Positions 22,590 through 32,408 of a stretch of DNA of 64,000 bases are shown piece by piece (position 1 is the stretch's first letter; every line of letters begins with the position of its first letter). The DNA comes from Candidatus Hydrogenedentota bacterium. GTDB taxonomy: Bacteria > Hydrogenedentota > Hydrogenedentia > Hydrogenedentales > Hydrogenedentaceae. Where the stretch lies: assembly GCA_026415215.1 (NCBI GenBank), contig JAOAHN010000122.1:11954-75953 (forward strand), in the 5' to 3' direction. A model generated the notes under the pieces. That model made no database searches. It was given only the letters and a program-made list of their open reading frames with translations, and had not been told where the DNA came from. The position numbers and the translations under genes were made by a program.

Positions 22590-23873
22590 CTAATGTTGCT
22601 GACTTGTTCCGATAGGTTTTAGATTAAACTTTTCCTGCAAAATTTTCATTACATTAGGAGAAATGAATGCTGGAAGTGCAGGACCTAATCTTATGCCTTT
22701 TATGTTTAAGGAAAGTAGTGTTAGTAGCACAGCAACCGCTTTTTGCTCGAACCAGCTTATCACCAGGGAAAGAGGTAGATCGTTTACTCCACATGAAAAT
22801 ACTTTTGACAGAGTTAAAGCAACTTGAATTGCACCATAAGAATCGTTGCATTGTCCCATATCGATTAATCGAGGGATTCCCTCAATCTCTCCATAATTGT
22901 GGTTCCTTATTCTATATTTTCCACAGCCAAGTGTGAGAATAATGGCATCTTCTGGTATATTCTTAGCAAACTCAGAGAAGAAGTTCCTTCCAGGTTCCGC
23001 ACCATCACACCCACCTATTACAAATATGTGTCTTATTTTCCCAGATTTAATAAGTTCTACTAACTTGTCCGCTATTGATAGTAGGTAAGTCCAGTGGAAT
23101 CCTATTAAGCTTTCTTTGATTTCTGTAGGTTTTAAGCTCCCTATTTCAAGAGCCTTCTTAATTACTGGGGTATAGTTACTATCCTTGATTCGTGGTGCTC
23201 CAGGAACACCTGTGGCATTTAAGGTAAAAAGTCTATTAAGATATGTATTGTGGGAGGCAGGAATTAAAACACAATTGGTTGTAACTACTATAGGTCCTCC
23301 AAATACTTCAAATTCTTTTCTTTGTAGTTGCCAAGCACCTCCATAATGACCTGCAAGATTTGGATATTCTTTCAGCTTCGGATACATGTGAGCGGGTAAC
23401 ATCTCACCATGAGTATAAACCTTTATTTCTGTGCCCTTTACTTGTTCGAGTAATACCTTGAGGTCAAATAGGTCATGACCTGTTATAAGTATTCCAGGAC
23501 CTTCTTGGATGCCTTCCTTTACTTTTGTCGGTGTAGGGTTACCAAATGCTTCTACATGTGCATCGTTCAAAAGTTGCATAGTCTTCAGATTCATTCGCCC
23601 ACATTCAAGCACTAATTCGAATAAGTGTTCCATATCAAAATTTACATTTGTGAGAGTTGCGAACATGGCTCTTTCTATAAACTCTTCGACTTCTGAATCT
23701 GTTTTTCCAAGTTTTCGAGCATGATGTTTATAGGCGCAAAGGCCTTTTAAGCCATACAATAAAATTTTTTGTAACGATTCCATATCAGCATCTTTGCCAC
23801 ATACTCCTTTTGTAGTGCAAGCTATCCCGTTAAAGGTTTGTTCGCATTGATCACAATACATTAACTGGGTCAT
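22590..23873 (-). CDS. hcp: Hybrid-cluster protein / hydroxylamine reductase (short class)
   Basis: N-terminal Cys cluster 'MYCDQCEQTFNGIACTTKGVCGK'. Hcp core motifs ('HGEMLPAHMYP', 'GPIVVTTNC', 'GQCNDSYGA'). Length 427 aa. Confidence 0.85.
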   Translation of the reverse strand: MTQLMYCDQCEQTFNGIACTTKGVCGKDADMESLQKILLYGLKGLCAYKHHARKLGKTDSEVEEFIERAMFATLTNVNFDMEHLFELVLECGRMNLKTMQLLNDAHVEAFGNPTPTKVKEGIQEGPGILITGHDLFDLKVLLEQVKGTEIKVYTHGEMLPAHMYPKLKEYPNLAGHYGGAWQLQRKEFEVFGGPIVVTTNCVLIPASHNTYLNRLFTLNATGVPGAPRIKDSNYTPVIKKALEIGSLKPTEIKESLIGFHWTYLLSIADKLVELIKSGKIRHIFVIGGCDGAEPGRNFFSEFAKNIPEDAIILTLGCGKYRIRNHNYGEIEGIPRLIDMGQCNDSYGAIQVALTLSKVFSCGVNDLPLSLVISWFEQKAVAVLLTLLSLNIKGIRLGPALPAFISPNVMKILQEKFNLKPIGTSQQH

Positions 23874-23899
23874 ATCTTTTCTCCTTCTAATATATTTTT

Positions 23900-23934
23900 T
23901 AGATATTATATGTATATTATATCAAAAATATCTA
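23900..23934. promoter_or_regulatory. AT-rich inverted repeat in the divergent hcp/sod promoter region
   Basis: TAGATATT-N19-AATATCTA (23900-23907 / 23927-23934), with an internal near-palindrome ATATTATAT-G-TATATTATAT. It lies about 30-60 nt upstream of the hcp start and resembles the AT-rich dyad operators of Rrf2/NsrR regulators. Confidence 0.4.
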
Positions 23935-24022
23935 TTAATTTAAAACTGAATCTTGAAGGAATTTTTTGAAAAATTAAAAATGTTTTATGAGTAAACTAAA
24001 CTTAACCTAAAGGAGCTAAAAA

Positions 24023-24748
24023 ATGAGTCAGACACGCAGAGATTTTCTTATGGCGAGTAGCTCGCTTATAACTGCAAGTGGTGTAATTGGAGTCCCAATG
24101 AGTACTTTTGCACAAACAGGCGGTGCGATTACAGAGCACAAACTACCTGAATTACCTTACCCTTATGATGCGTTGGAACCATACATAGATGCAAGGACAA
24201 TGGAACTTCATCATACTAAACATCATGCCGCTTATGTGAAGGGATTAAATACCGCCGAATCTGCGCTTGCAGAGGCAAGGGCAAAAAATGACTTCCTATT
24301 AATTCAACATTGGTCCAAGCAAGCTGCTTTTCATGGAGGCGGGCATTTTCTTCATAGTATGTTTTGGAAGGTTATGGCTCCTCCAGGTAATGGAGGTGGT
24401 GGTAAGCCAGAAGGTGAACTTTTAGGATTAATTGAAAGAGACTTTGGCTCTTTTGAGAGTTTTCAGGCTCATTTTTCTGCTGCAGCTAATGCAGTAGAAG
24501 GCGGTGGTTGGGCATTATTACATTATAGACCTATCGATGGGAGGCTTATAGTCCTTCAAGCTGAGAATCAACATAAACTTACTGCTTGGGGAGTTTTACC
24601 TATAATGGGCATAGATGTTTGGGAGCACGCATACTATTTAAAGTATCAAAATAATAGGTCTGAGTATGTAAAGGCGTGGTGGAATGTTGTTAACTGGTCC
24701 CAAGTGGCTAAAAACTTGGGTGCTATCAAAGGAATAGCACTTTTGTAA
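24023..24748 (+). CDS. Fe/Mn superoxide dismutase with Tat signal peptide
   Basis: Twin-arginine leader 'MSQTRRDFLMASSSLITASGVIGVPMSTFAQ'. SOD metal ligands 'HHTKHHAAYV' and 'DVWEHAYY'. Confidence 0.85.
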   Translation: MSQTRRDFLMASSSLITASGVIGVPMSTFAQTGGAITEHKLPELPYPYDALEPYIDARTMELHHTKHHAAYVKGLNTAESALAEARAKNDFLLIQHWSKQAAFHGGGHFLHSMFWKVMAPPGNGGGGKPEGELLGLIERDFGSFESFQAHFSAAANAVEGGGWALLHYRPIDGRLIVLQAENQHKLTAWGVLPIMGIDVWEHAYYLKYQNNRSEYVKAWWNVVNWSQVAKNLGAIKGIALL

Positions 24749-24769
24749 CATAAAATAGTTTAATTTTAA

Positions 24770-24803
24770 GCCACCCGAAGTAATATATTTATTACCGGGT
24801 GGC
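24770..24803. terminator. Bidirectional rho-independent terminator (sod / convergent PHP-like gene)
   Basis: GCCACCCG-N18-CGGGTGGC 8-bp stem, followed by ATTTTTATT on the plus strand. It sits between the two convergent stop codons (24748 and 24811). Confidence 0.65.
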
Positions 24804-24810
24804 ATTTTTA

Positions 24811-26148
24811 TTAGTAAACTTCAATTGGGTTTGTGTATACCCAAGGCACCCAACTATTATTAACTTTAAGGTGAGCTTCTACTCTATATTTACCCTTCTC
24901 TCCTGGTTTCCACATATATTCTCTCCCTTCTCCCTCTGCAACTTTAACTCCATGTCGGAAAATAATGAATTTGCAGGGAACTGGTGAAGCCATTTTAAGT
25001 ATTAGGTCAGGAGTAAACTCGATTTTTTCACCGATTACTTTTTTTACCCCATTCCCTTCAGCGAAATATACAAAACCAGTGCTATCAACAATCATATCAA
25101 AGCCTATGTATACTCTCCCGTTCTTCAATGCATCTAATACGGATTCTTCGGTGAGTTCACGGGCAAGTATATGAGTTGCTACATATCTTACCATTAAATC
25201 ATAAGGGTCTAATTGAATATGAAAAAGTACCCTGTTGGGTTCTAATTTGCCAAAAAGTATCCTAAGAAATATCCGAGAGAAAAAGTTTAACTTGTATTCT
25301 GCTATTTTATCTGGGCTCGTATCTTCAATGGATAGAGTTCCTTGCGGTGTTATTTTGCCTACGAGGCCAGTGTTTTCGTGACAATCATTACCAGCTATTC
25401 CAACAATTTTTCTTGATATGTTTAATTCGTCCCATTTGCTTATGACTTGTGTAAGAGGGCTAAAAATAGACCTCAATAGTTGTTCATGGTATTTATTAAT
25501 ATTGACAAGAATGTTAGGAATGAGAGTAAATATGAGGTAGTTCCTTGTTAAGCTTTTGAAGTTAGTGTGGATATTGTATATTTCCATGCCCACAAGTTCG
25601 GGGATATGCCATTTTCTATCCTCCTCAGAATGAGCAAAAAACAGAATACCCCCATTTTGGGCTATCTCTCTGGCTAATTTTTCAGGCTCATCGTTACAGT
25701 TTAACACTGTGTTTGATGGTAAGCCCCATGGCATAAATCCATGTGGCATTTCAAACCCTGGTATGAACACAACACCTTCATGCTTGCCCCGCCATTGTAG
25801 AGAATAATCAGCTTTTCCATCGATACAATGATCACTCATACATATAAATTTTCTGTTCTCTTTCTTTAGCACTTCGAGAATTCTTTCAAAGGGCACTTGA
25901 GAGTCGTGAGATAGTTCTGAATGACTGTGGCATACGCCTGGGTAATCATTCCATCCGTCATCAAGAGATGGTTCTATTCTTTGGGCTCTTAACTCGTTCC
26001 AGGCACTCTGCTCTTGGGGATAGAATACGAACCTATTGTAGAAAGCTGTTCTGAAAAAATAACCAAGTCCGAGTAAAATGACTAAGATGACTAATGCTAT
26101 ACTATAAAGAACCCATTTGAACATCTTCTTAAGATGGGGATTTAACAT
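24811..26148 (-). CDS. Membrane-anchored PHP-domain / CehA-McbA-like metallohydrolase
   Basis: N-terminal TM helix. PHP-like motif 'GVCHSHSELSHDS', with further His/Asp-rich segments ('FFAHSEED', 'GNDCHEN'). Confidence 0.45.
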   Translation of the reverse strand: MLNPHLKKMFKWVLYSIALVILVILLGLGYFFRTAFYNRFVFYPQEQSAWNELRAQRIEPSLDDGWNDYPGVCHSHSELSHDSQVPFERILEVLKKENRKFICMSDHCIDGKADYSLQWRGKHEGVVFIPGFEMPHGFMPWGLPSNTVLNCNDEPEKLAREIAQNGGILFFAHSEEDRKWHIPELVGMEIYNIHTNFKSLTRNYLIFTLIPNILVNINKYHEQLLRSIFSPLTQVISKWDELNISRKIVGIAGNDCHENTGLVGKITPQGTLSIEDTSPDKIAEYKLNFFSRIFLRILFGKLEPNRVLFHIQLDPYDLMVRYVATHILARELTEESVLDALKNGRVYIGFDMIVDSTGFVYFAEGNGVKKVIGEKIEFTPDLILKMASPVPCKFIIFRHGVKVAEGEGREYMWKPGEKGKYRVEAHLKVNNSWVPWVYTNPIEVY

Positions 26149-26232
26149 AGAAATATCCTTTTTGGTCAGTTCTAAAGTAAATTTTAGTTATTAGGAAGGG
26201 TTATTATATTAATCGAGGTGATAGAATAAAAA

Positions 26233-26682
26233 ATGGAAAAGAAACTTTATACTTATGAATTTCCTCGTCCCAGTGTGACTGTAGATGCATTGGTTTTCAG
26301 GAGAAGAGAAGGGGGAGAATGGGAAATTTTGTTGATAAAAAGGAAGTATGAGCCATTTGCTGGTTTTTGGGCTCTTCCAGGAGGGTTTATTGAAGATGAT
26401 GAGACTTTGGAAGAGGCAGTAGAGCGTGAACTTTATGAGGAAACCTCCTTAAAGGAAGTTCAATTGACCCAGTTGAGAGCATTTAGTAAACCCAATAGAG
26501 ACCCTCGTGGGAGAACAATTAGTATTGCTTTTGTTGGAGTTTTAACTCAAGATGTGAGCCTTCAGCCTCGAAGTGATGCTAAAGAAATTGGGTGGTTTCC
26601 AATAGCAGATTTGCCGAATTTGGCTTTTGATCACGATGAGATTATAAAATGTGGGATAGAATGGTTAGGCACAAGAAAATGA
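26233..26682 (+). CDS. NUDIX hydrolase
   Basis: Nudix box 'GGFIEDDETLEEAVERELYEETS'. 149 aa. Lies immediately upstream of pncB/nadE. Confidence 0.8.
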   Translation: MEKKLYTYEFPRPSVTVDALVFRRREGGEWEILLIKRKYEPFAGFWALPGGFIEDDETLEEAVERELYEETSLKEVQLTQLRAFSKPNRDPRGRTISIAFVGVLTQDVSLQPRSDAKEIGWFPIADLPNLAFDHDEIIKCGIEWLGTRK

Positions 26683-26694
26683 GGGGAATAACTT

Positions 26695-28218
26695 ATGGGT
26701 GAAAATACAGAGCCCCGTGAATATTTTGAGAGTGAGGATTACTTGAAACCTTGGTTTGAGAGAAGGGGACTCGCTCTACTTACGGATTTATACCAGCTTA
26801 CTATGATGGCTGGTTATTTCGAAGAGAAGAGGGGCGATATTGAGGTGTGTTTCGAGTATTTTTTCAGAAGCCTACCTCCTCATTCTGGATATGCTATATT
26901 TGCTGGTTTAGACTCTTTCTTGCTATATCTTGCTAATTTGCGATTTTCAAAAGAAGACATTGAATATCTTAGAAGCCTAAATATTTTTGACGACGACTTT
27001 CTTGATTTCCTGCAGAATTTCAAATTACACATTACAGTTCGTTCTGTACCTGAAGGGAGTTTAGTTTTTCCTTTTGAACCTGTAGTACAGGTTGAAGGAC
27101 CTTTGTTAGAGGCTCAGCTTGTGGAAACTGCCTTGTTGAATTTTCTGAATTTTCAGACGCTTATAGCGAGTAAATCTGCTCGCGTATGTTTTGCTGCGGA
27201 ACCGGACCCAGTATTGGAGTTTGGTTTGAGAAGAGCACATGGTCCTGACGGTGGTATAAGTGCCTCGCGGTCAGCCTACATAGGTGGATGTTCCGCAACC
27301 TCTAATGTTATGGCTGGCAAAGTTTATGGTATTCCGGTTGCTGGAACCCATGCTCATAGTTGGGTAATGAGCTATCAAAGTGAACTTGAGGCTTTTCGGG
27401 CTTTTGCAAAGTTATATCCCACTCGCTGTATTTTATTGGTGGATACCTATGACCCTATTAGAAGTGGGATACCCAATGCTATCCAAGTATTTAAGGAATT
27501 GAGAGAGCAAGGTATTAATGTTCGCCCAGCGATTAGGATTGATTCGGGGGATCTTGCAAAGATTAGTAAAGCTGCTTATAAGATGATGTTAGAAGCAGGA
27601 TTTGAGAATCCATTAATTGTTGGGTCTAATGATTTGAATGAAGATTTAATAGCGGACCTTAGGAGGCAAGGTGCGAAGATTAACGCATGGGGAGTAGGCA
27701 CTCATCTTGTAACTTCCTATGATTGCCCAGCGCTAAGTGGCGTGTATAAACTTGTTGCTGTTAAGAGAGGCAATGTCTGGGAACCGAGATTAAAAATTAC
27801 GGGGAATATCGAAAAGAGCACCGATCCAGGTAGGAAAGTAACTGTGAGGTATTTTAGCAAAGATGGTTATATTTTAGGGGATGTGATGTATCTCGAAGAA
27901 GAGGAATACCCGACAATGGGTGACATAGATGCTAAGGCAAGACTTTTCCCACACATTTCTCAAAAGATTGAGGGAGCTACTTATTGCGAGGAGCTCCATA
28001 AAAAAGTGTTTCACAATGGCAATATACTAATTCCACTTGAAAGTGTTCATACCATCCGAGAAAGAGCGAGACAACAGCTTGCCTCTTTGCCTGAGGAGTA
28101 TAAGAGGTTGCGCAACCCTGAAGTGTATAAAGTTCTTTTATCTCCTAAGTTGGGAGAGATGAAAAATAAAATTTGGCAAAGTTCGGAAATGTGTATGAGT
28201 TTAGGAGAGAAAAAATGA
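26695..28218 (+). CDS. pncB: Nicotinate phosphoribosyltransferase
   Basis: 507 aa with 'YQLTMMAGYF' and 'GTHAHSWVMSY' motifs typical of NAPRTase. Confidence 0.85.
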   Translation: MGENTEPREYFESEDYLKPWFERRGLALLTDLYQLTMMAGYFEEKRGDIEVCFEYFFRSLPPHSGYAIFAGLDSFLLYLANLRFSKEDIEYLRSLNIFDDDFLDFLQNFKLHITVRSVPEGSLVFPFEPVVQVEGPLLEAQLVETALLNFLNFQTLIASKSARVCFAAEPDPVLEFGLRRAHGPDGGISASRSAYIGGCSATSNVMAGKVYGIPVAGTHAHSWVMSYQSELEAFRAFAKLYPTRCILLVDTYDPIRSGIPNAIQVFKELREQGINVRPAIRIDSGDLAKISKAAYKMMLEAGFENPLIVGSNDLNEDLIADLRRQGAKINAWGVGTHLVTSYDCPALSGVYKLVAVKRGNVWEPRLKITGNIEKSTDPGRKVTVRYFSKDGYILGDVMYLEEEEYPTMGDIDAKARLFPHISQKIEGATYCEELHKKVFHNGNILIPLESVHTIRERARQQLASLPEEYKRLRNPEVYKVLLSPKLGEMKNKIWQSSEMCMSLGEKK

Positions 28219-30158
28219 GACTTGTCAAAATAGGAACAGCAAACCTCTCTGTAAAAGTAGGTGATTTTAATAGGAATGTGAGATATATAAAAGAAGTTAT
28301 CGCCGAGGCTGAGAAGCAGGGAGTTAATCTTCTCGTTTTACCTGAACTCGCCATAAGTGGATATAGTCTTGAAGATAGAGTGTATTGGGATGAAATTGTG
28401 GAAATGAGTTGGAAGCACTTAGTTTCAATAGCTGAAGAAACTACTAAGAGTGGGATATGTGTTTTCTTAGGATTGCCTGTAAGAAAAGGGGTGCATCTAT
28501 ACAATGCATCTGCATTAATAGGGGGAGGAAAAATATGGGGCTTGATACCTAAACAATATATCCCATCTTATCATATATTCTATGAAACGAGGTATTGGAG
28601 TTCGTGGGATAGAGGAGTTGATGAGATTAATGGTTTTCCTATTGGTGATTTAATTTTTGACCTACCCTATGGTAGAGTCTCTGCGGAAATTTGTGAAGAT
28701 ATATGGGTACCTACATCCCCTTCGATAGAGAGAGTTTTATCGGGTGCAGAAATTATCTGTAATCTGAGCGCTTCACCCTTCAACCCATTGAAAAATTTGA
28801 CGAGAAGGGTTTTAGTCCTAAGTAGTGCAGTAAAGCTTAAAACTGTATATGTGTATTCTAATTTACTCGGATACGATGGTAGTAGGTTGGTTTTCGATGG
28901 GGGAGGTATAATAGCTACACCGGAGGGGAAATGTGTAGAATCTCCACTCTTGTCTTATGAACCTTGGACACTCAGCACGATGATTGTAGATTTGGATGAG
29001 GTAACAAGGAATAGGAAAGAAAATTCTAGTTGGAAATTGAATTCAATAAACCGTTTGAAGAGTGAGGGAGTTTTTGTGGTATCGGTAGATATTAAACCTA
29101 ATAGATTGCCTTCTCTGAAGGAGTGGGTAGATGGGCTTCCGAGAAGTTTTTATGTATCTGAGAATAACTTATCAATGCCATCAGATAGTAGAATTTCGGG
29201 AAATTACTTTGAGCAGTTATTTCACGCTCTTGCATTGGGTCTGAGAGACTATTACGAAAAAGTAGGGGTTTTCGAAAAGTTTCTTGTAGCCCTTTCAGGG
29301 GGAAGAGATAGTGCTTTGACACTTCTCCTTGCTGTTGAAGCAGCTAAGCATATTGAAGGAGGAAAATATATAGACAGATATGCAGAAAAAATCGAAAGCA
29401 TATATCTTCCTCACAAAGATTATAGCAGTAGTGAGACTCTTACATGTGCTAAATCTCTTGCGGAGGAACTGGGAGTTCCATTTAAAGTAGTATCTGTCCA
29501 TGAGGAAGCTGAACTGGCGTTCAAAAAATCTGCTGAAATAATGGGAGACGAGGATAAAGTTAAGCCTATTACGCGACAGAATTTACAGGCTCGTATAAGA
29601 GGAGCGATGATGTTAAATTGGGCAAATAATGTGAATGGATTACTTTTAGTTACATCTAATTTGAGTGAATCTGCAGTAGGATACACAACTACAGGAGGAG
29701 ATAATGAAGGAGGTTTTTCCCCTATTGCGAATGTGCCTAAAACAGTAGTCTCAGCTTTATTAGAATACCTACATAAAACGAGAGGTATTAAATCCCTCGA
29801 GAAAATTTTAAGCATTCCTCCTACCGCTGAACTTGCACCAAATCAAACAGACGAGGAGGACTTGATGCCTTATCGTGTTCTTGATGATTTAATTTACCTA
29901 TATGCAGAAATGCGATTGAGTCTGGTTGATTGTTGGAAGGTTATATGCTATCGATTTCCGGAATTTGACAAGGAACAACTAAGGAAATGGACTGAAAAGT
30001 TCGCTCGTCAATTAGTGGGGAACCAATGGAAGAGAGACCAACACCCAGTCTCTCTTAAGGTTTTAGAGCCTGACTTTGATCCCAAAACAGGTTTTAGGTT
30101 TCCGATTACCCAGAGTATTGAAGAGGAGATTGTGAAGCTCCGAGAATCTTCTATTTAA
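28215..30158 (+). CDS. nadE: Glutamine-dependent NAD+ synthetase
   Basis: Start re-set to ATG 28215, which overlaps the pncB stop as ATGA. The N-terminal CN-hydrolase domain has 'LLVLPELAISGY'. The C-terminal synthetase has the PP-loop 'SGGRDSALTLLLA'. Confidence 0.85.
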   Translation: MRLVKIGTANLSVKVGDFNRNVRYIKEVIAEAEKQGVNLLVLPELAISGYSLEDRVYWDEIVEMSWKHLVSIAEETTKSGICVFLGLPVRKGVHLYNASALIGGGKIWGLIPKQYIPSYHIFYETRYWSSWDRGVDEINGFPIGDLIFDLPYGRVSAEICEDIWVPTSPSIERVLSGAEIICNLSASPFNPLKNLTRRVLVLSSAVKLKTVYVYSNLLGYDGSRLVFDGGGIIATPEGKCVESPLLSYEPWTLSTMIVDLDEVTRNRKENSSWKLNSINRLKSEGVFVVSVDIKPNRLPSLKEWVDGLPRSFYVSENNLSMPSDSRISGNYFEQLFHALALGLRDYYEKVGVFEKFLVALSGGRDSALTLLLAVEAAKHIEGGKYIDRYAEKIESIYLPHKDYSSSETLTCAKSLAEELGVPFKVVSVHEEAELAFKKSAEIMGDEDKVKPITRQNLQARIRGAMMLNWANNVNGLLLVTSNLSESAVGYTTTGGDNEGGFSPIANVPKTVVSALLEYLHKTRGIKSLEKILSIPPTAELAPNQTDEEDLMPYRVLDDLIYLYAEMRLSLVDCWKVICYRFPEFDKEQLRKWTEKFARQLVGNQWKRDQHPVSLKVLEPDFDPKTGFRFPITQSIEEEIVKLRESSI

Positions 30159-32134
30159 TTAGTTGTTTGTTCAACAACTTTGCAATTACCTCTTATAAAT
30201 ATAGGGTATGGTTTTTTAAGGGTTACGAGACGCTTTTTTCCGCTCTTTATATGCCCTACTTCTTCACCTACGAGATTTGTAATGGTTACATCATCTATAG
30301 CCTTGATGGTTATAGCTGAATCTTTTTTGAATGCCCATATTACTGTTGTGTGTTGGTGCTTTATCCCAATTAAATTATCTGAACTGAACTCCAGTGTAAC
30401 TACATTTTTATCTCTTATTTGAGTGCATATATTGGCACAAGCGAGATAGGCAGGTTTTAATGAGAAATCTGATCTTACTATTCCAAAATTTTCCTCAAAA
30501 TAGAATGGGTCGTTTCCGTCATTTCTAAAGTCATACCAGCTAATATTCTCTACTACCCCAGAAGCCAATGCTGAGAGATAACATCTTGCAATTAGTAATG
30601 CTTGTTCTCTTTCTGTTACACCCCCTGTCCATAGATGGGTACTCCACCCCATTTCAGTTATCCATATTGGGCGTCCACCTATTAGATCGTGCGTCCTTTT
30701 TAATTCATTTATGAATTTTTCTTCGTTTAGTTCTTTCCTATATGGATGAACAGTGAGTATATCAAAGGGTGTGTTTGCTTCTAAGCATTTCTTAATAAAT
30801 TGAAAATCGATACCCGAAGTAGATATAGCAAGAACTTTTGCCTTGGGATCTATTTCTTTTATTACCTGATAACATTTTTTGACAAGTTCAGGGTAGAGTT
30901 CTTTTGGACCTTGCCAGAAGAATATGTTAGGTTCATTGTAAACTTCCCAATATTTTATTCTATCTTTGAAATGTTGGACAGTTCTTCTTGTGTAATTTAC
31001 GAAATCTTCTATTCCCTTCATCGTGTATGGTTCTGTCCAGGGTGCCCAGTAGCAAAGGAGCGCGTAAGTGGAAATTCCATACTTTAGTCCTGTGTTAACT
31101 ATGTTATCGTAGTAGTCGAAGGTAAATTTTCCGGGTGATGGTTCGATAATTGACCAAGAGAAATCCTCTCGTGTCCACTTTATTCCTGCCTTACTTCCCA
31201 TTTCTGCAGATTTTTCCCTTGCTATTTGGTTATTTCCATATCTGTAGAAATACATTCCCATACCCCAAGGAGAAGCCTCGTTGACCAACTTATCTACCTC
31301 AAGTGAGGGTTCTTTACAGATAGTAGAGTAATTCTTGAAAATATTTCCATCGCTCCTTTCAAATATCCATTCCGCTTCTAAGAATTTTTTCTCCTCTGGG
31401 AATCGATGAGTTAGTTGGAACTGCATTTTTTCCCCTCCTGGGCAGAGTAAAATATTAGAAAATACGCTTTCATGTAAGATGTTTTCATCCCAGTCCTTGA
31501 TTTTGACTCGGAGATTCCCTGAAACCTCTCTTGGGAGTAAGTTGCGAATCTCACAAGAGCAAAGTATTTTTTCCCCCTCGGATTTAGATATGTTTGAGAT
31601 GATTATACATTCCTGAGGAGGAGGAAGAATGGTTTCACAGATAAATTTTAGAAATCTCAATCTAAGTATCTCAGAGGGACACGAACCTTTCTTGATATAA
31701 AATCTTAAAAACCTTAGAGGAGTTCTAACTTTACCGTCGTTTTCGCCACTAAAATATTCCCATCCCTCTGGGGGTGCATTTATCTCTATAGTTTGCAATC
31801 CATATCCTGTAACTCTTATTGTTTTTTTGAAAAATTGGAAGTGAGAACCTAATAGTATTTCCAACTCCCAGCCCATTGAGCTTGTCCAAAGCTGGATTAT
31901 GAATTTTTGAGGTGTCCCGAATAAAGAATATGATGGATGGGATACTTCTGCTTGGATGTGCTTTGAGAAATCTATTTCCCAGTTAGCATCAATGAAAGTA
32001 ATACCGGATAGCTGTAAACTATGATTTTCTTCTGTAAATATAGGGATTTCATAAACTATGGACTGTTCCGCTTCGGTTTTTACAGAGTATGCCCAAAAAC
32101 AAAAGTAGATGATAGTAAATGTAAAGATTCTCAT
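30155..32134 (-). CDS. Secreted clan GH-A glycoside hydrolase (GH39/GH5-like) with an N-terminal beta-sandwich domain
   Basis: Signal peptide. Acid/base motif 'KYWEVYNEPN' and nucleophile 'PIWITEMGW'. The stop overlaps the convergent nadE stop. Confidence 0.6.
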   Translation of the reverse strand: MRIFTFTIIYFCFWAYSVKTEAEQSIVYEIPIFTEENHSLQLSGITFIDANWEIDFSKHIQAEVSHPSYSLFGTPQKFIIQLWTSSMGWELEILLGSHFQFFKKTIRVTGYGLQTIEINAPPEGWEYFSGENDGKVRTPLRFLRFYIKKGSCPSEILRLRFLKFICETILPPPQECIIISNISKSEGEKILCSCEIRNLLPREVSGNLRVKIKDWDENILHESVFSNILLCPGGEKMQFQLTHRFPEEKKFLEAEWIFERSDGNIFKNYSTICKEPSLEVDKLVNEASPWGMGMYFYRYGNNQIAREKSAEMGSKAGIKWTREDFSWSIIEPSPGKFTFDYYDNIVNTGLKYGISTYALLCYWAPWTEPYTMKGIEDFVNYTRRTVQHFKDRIKYWEVYNEPNIFFWQGPKELYPELVKKCYQVIKEIDPKAKVLAISTSGIDFQFIKKCLEANTPFDILTVHPYRKELNEEKFINELKRTHDLIGGRPIWITEMGWSTHLWTGGVTEREQALLIARCYLSALASGVVENISWYDFRNDGNDPFYFEENFGIVRSDFSLKPAYLACANICTQIRDKNVVTLEFSSDNLIGIKHQHTTVIWAFKKDSAITIKAIDDVTITNLVGEEVGHIKSGKKRLVTLKKPYPIFIRGNCKVVEQTTN

Positions 32135-32256
32135 ATCTTATTCCTTAAGATTTTGTAATGAGTTGCTTGACTCTTGTAAGTTTAAATAGGTAAAATATCT
32201 TCCATATTTTTTATTAATGTAACTTAGAACTTCAAACTGTAGAAGGAACAGGTGGT

Positions 32257-32370
32257 ATGATTTTAGCAGATATAATCAATATAGTAGTAAGTGTTTTGTT
32301 GAAGTTTTTGGCGGAATGGTTAACTCAGCTCTTATTGGGATTATTCGGAGTCGGAACTACTCAAGAGTAG
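32257..32370 (+). CDS. Small hydrophobic/amphipathic peptide (37 aa), not in the ORF track
   Basis: ATG 32257 with AGGTGG 4 nt upstream. Product MILADIINIVVSVLLKFLAEWLTQLLLGLFGVGTTQE. Paralogous to the next mini-ORF. Confidence 0.4.
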   Translation: MILADIINIVVSVLLKFLAEWLTQLLLGLFGVGTTQE

Positions 32371-32408
32371 AAAATTTTTAGAAGTAATTATATAAGAAGG
32401 GTTAGTCT

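Noticed and set aside
24799-24987. 62-aa plus-strand ORF at the sod / PHP-gene junction
   Set aside because: It overlaps the convergent terminator hairpin and the 3' end of the minus-strand PHP-like gene, and its translation is compositionally implausible.
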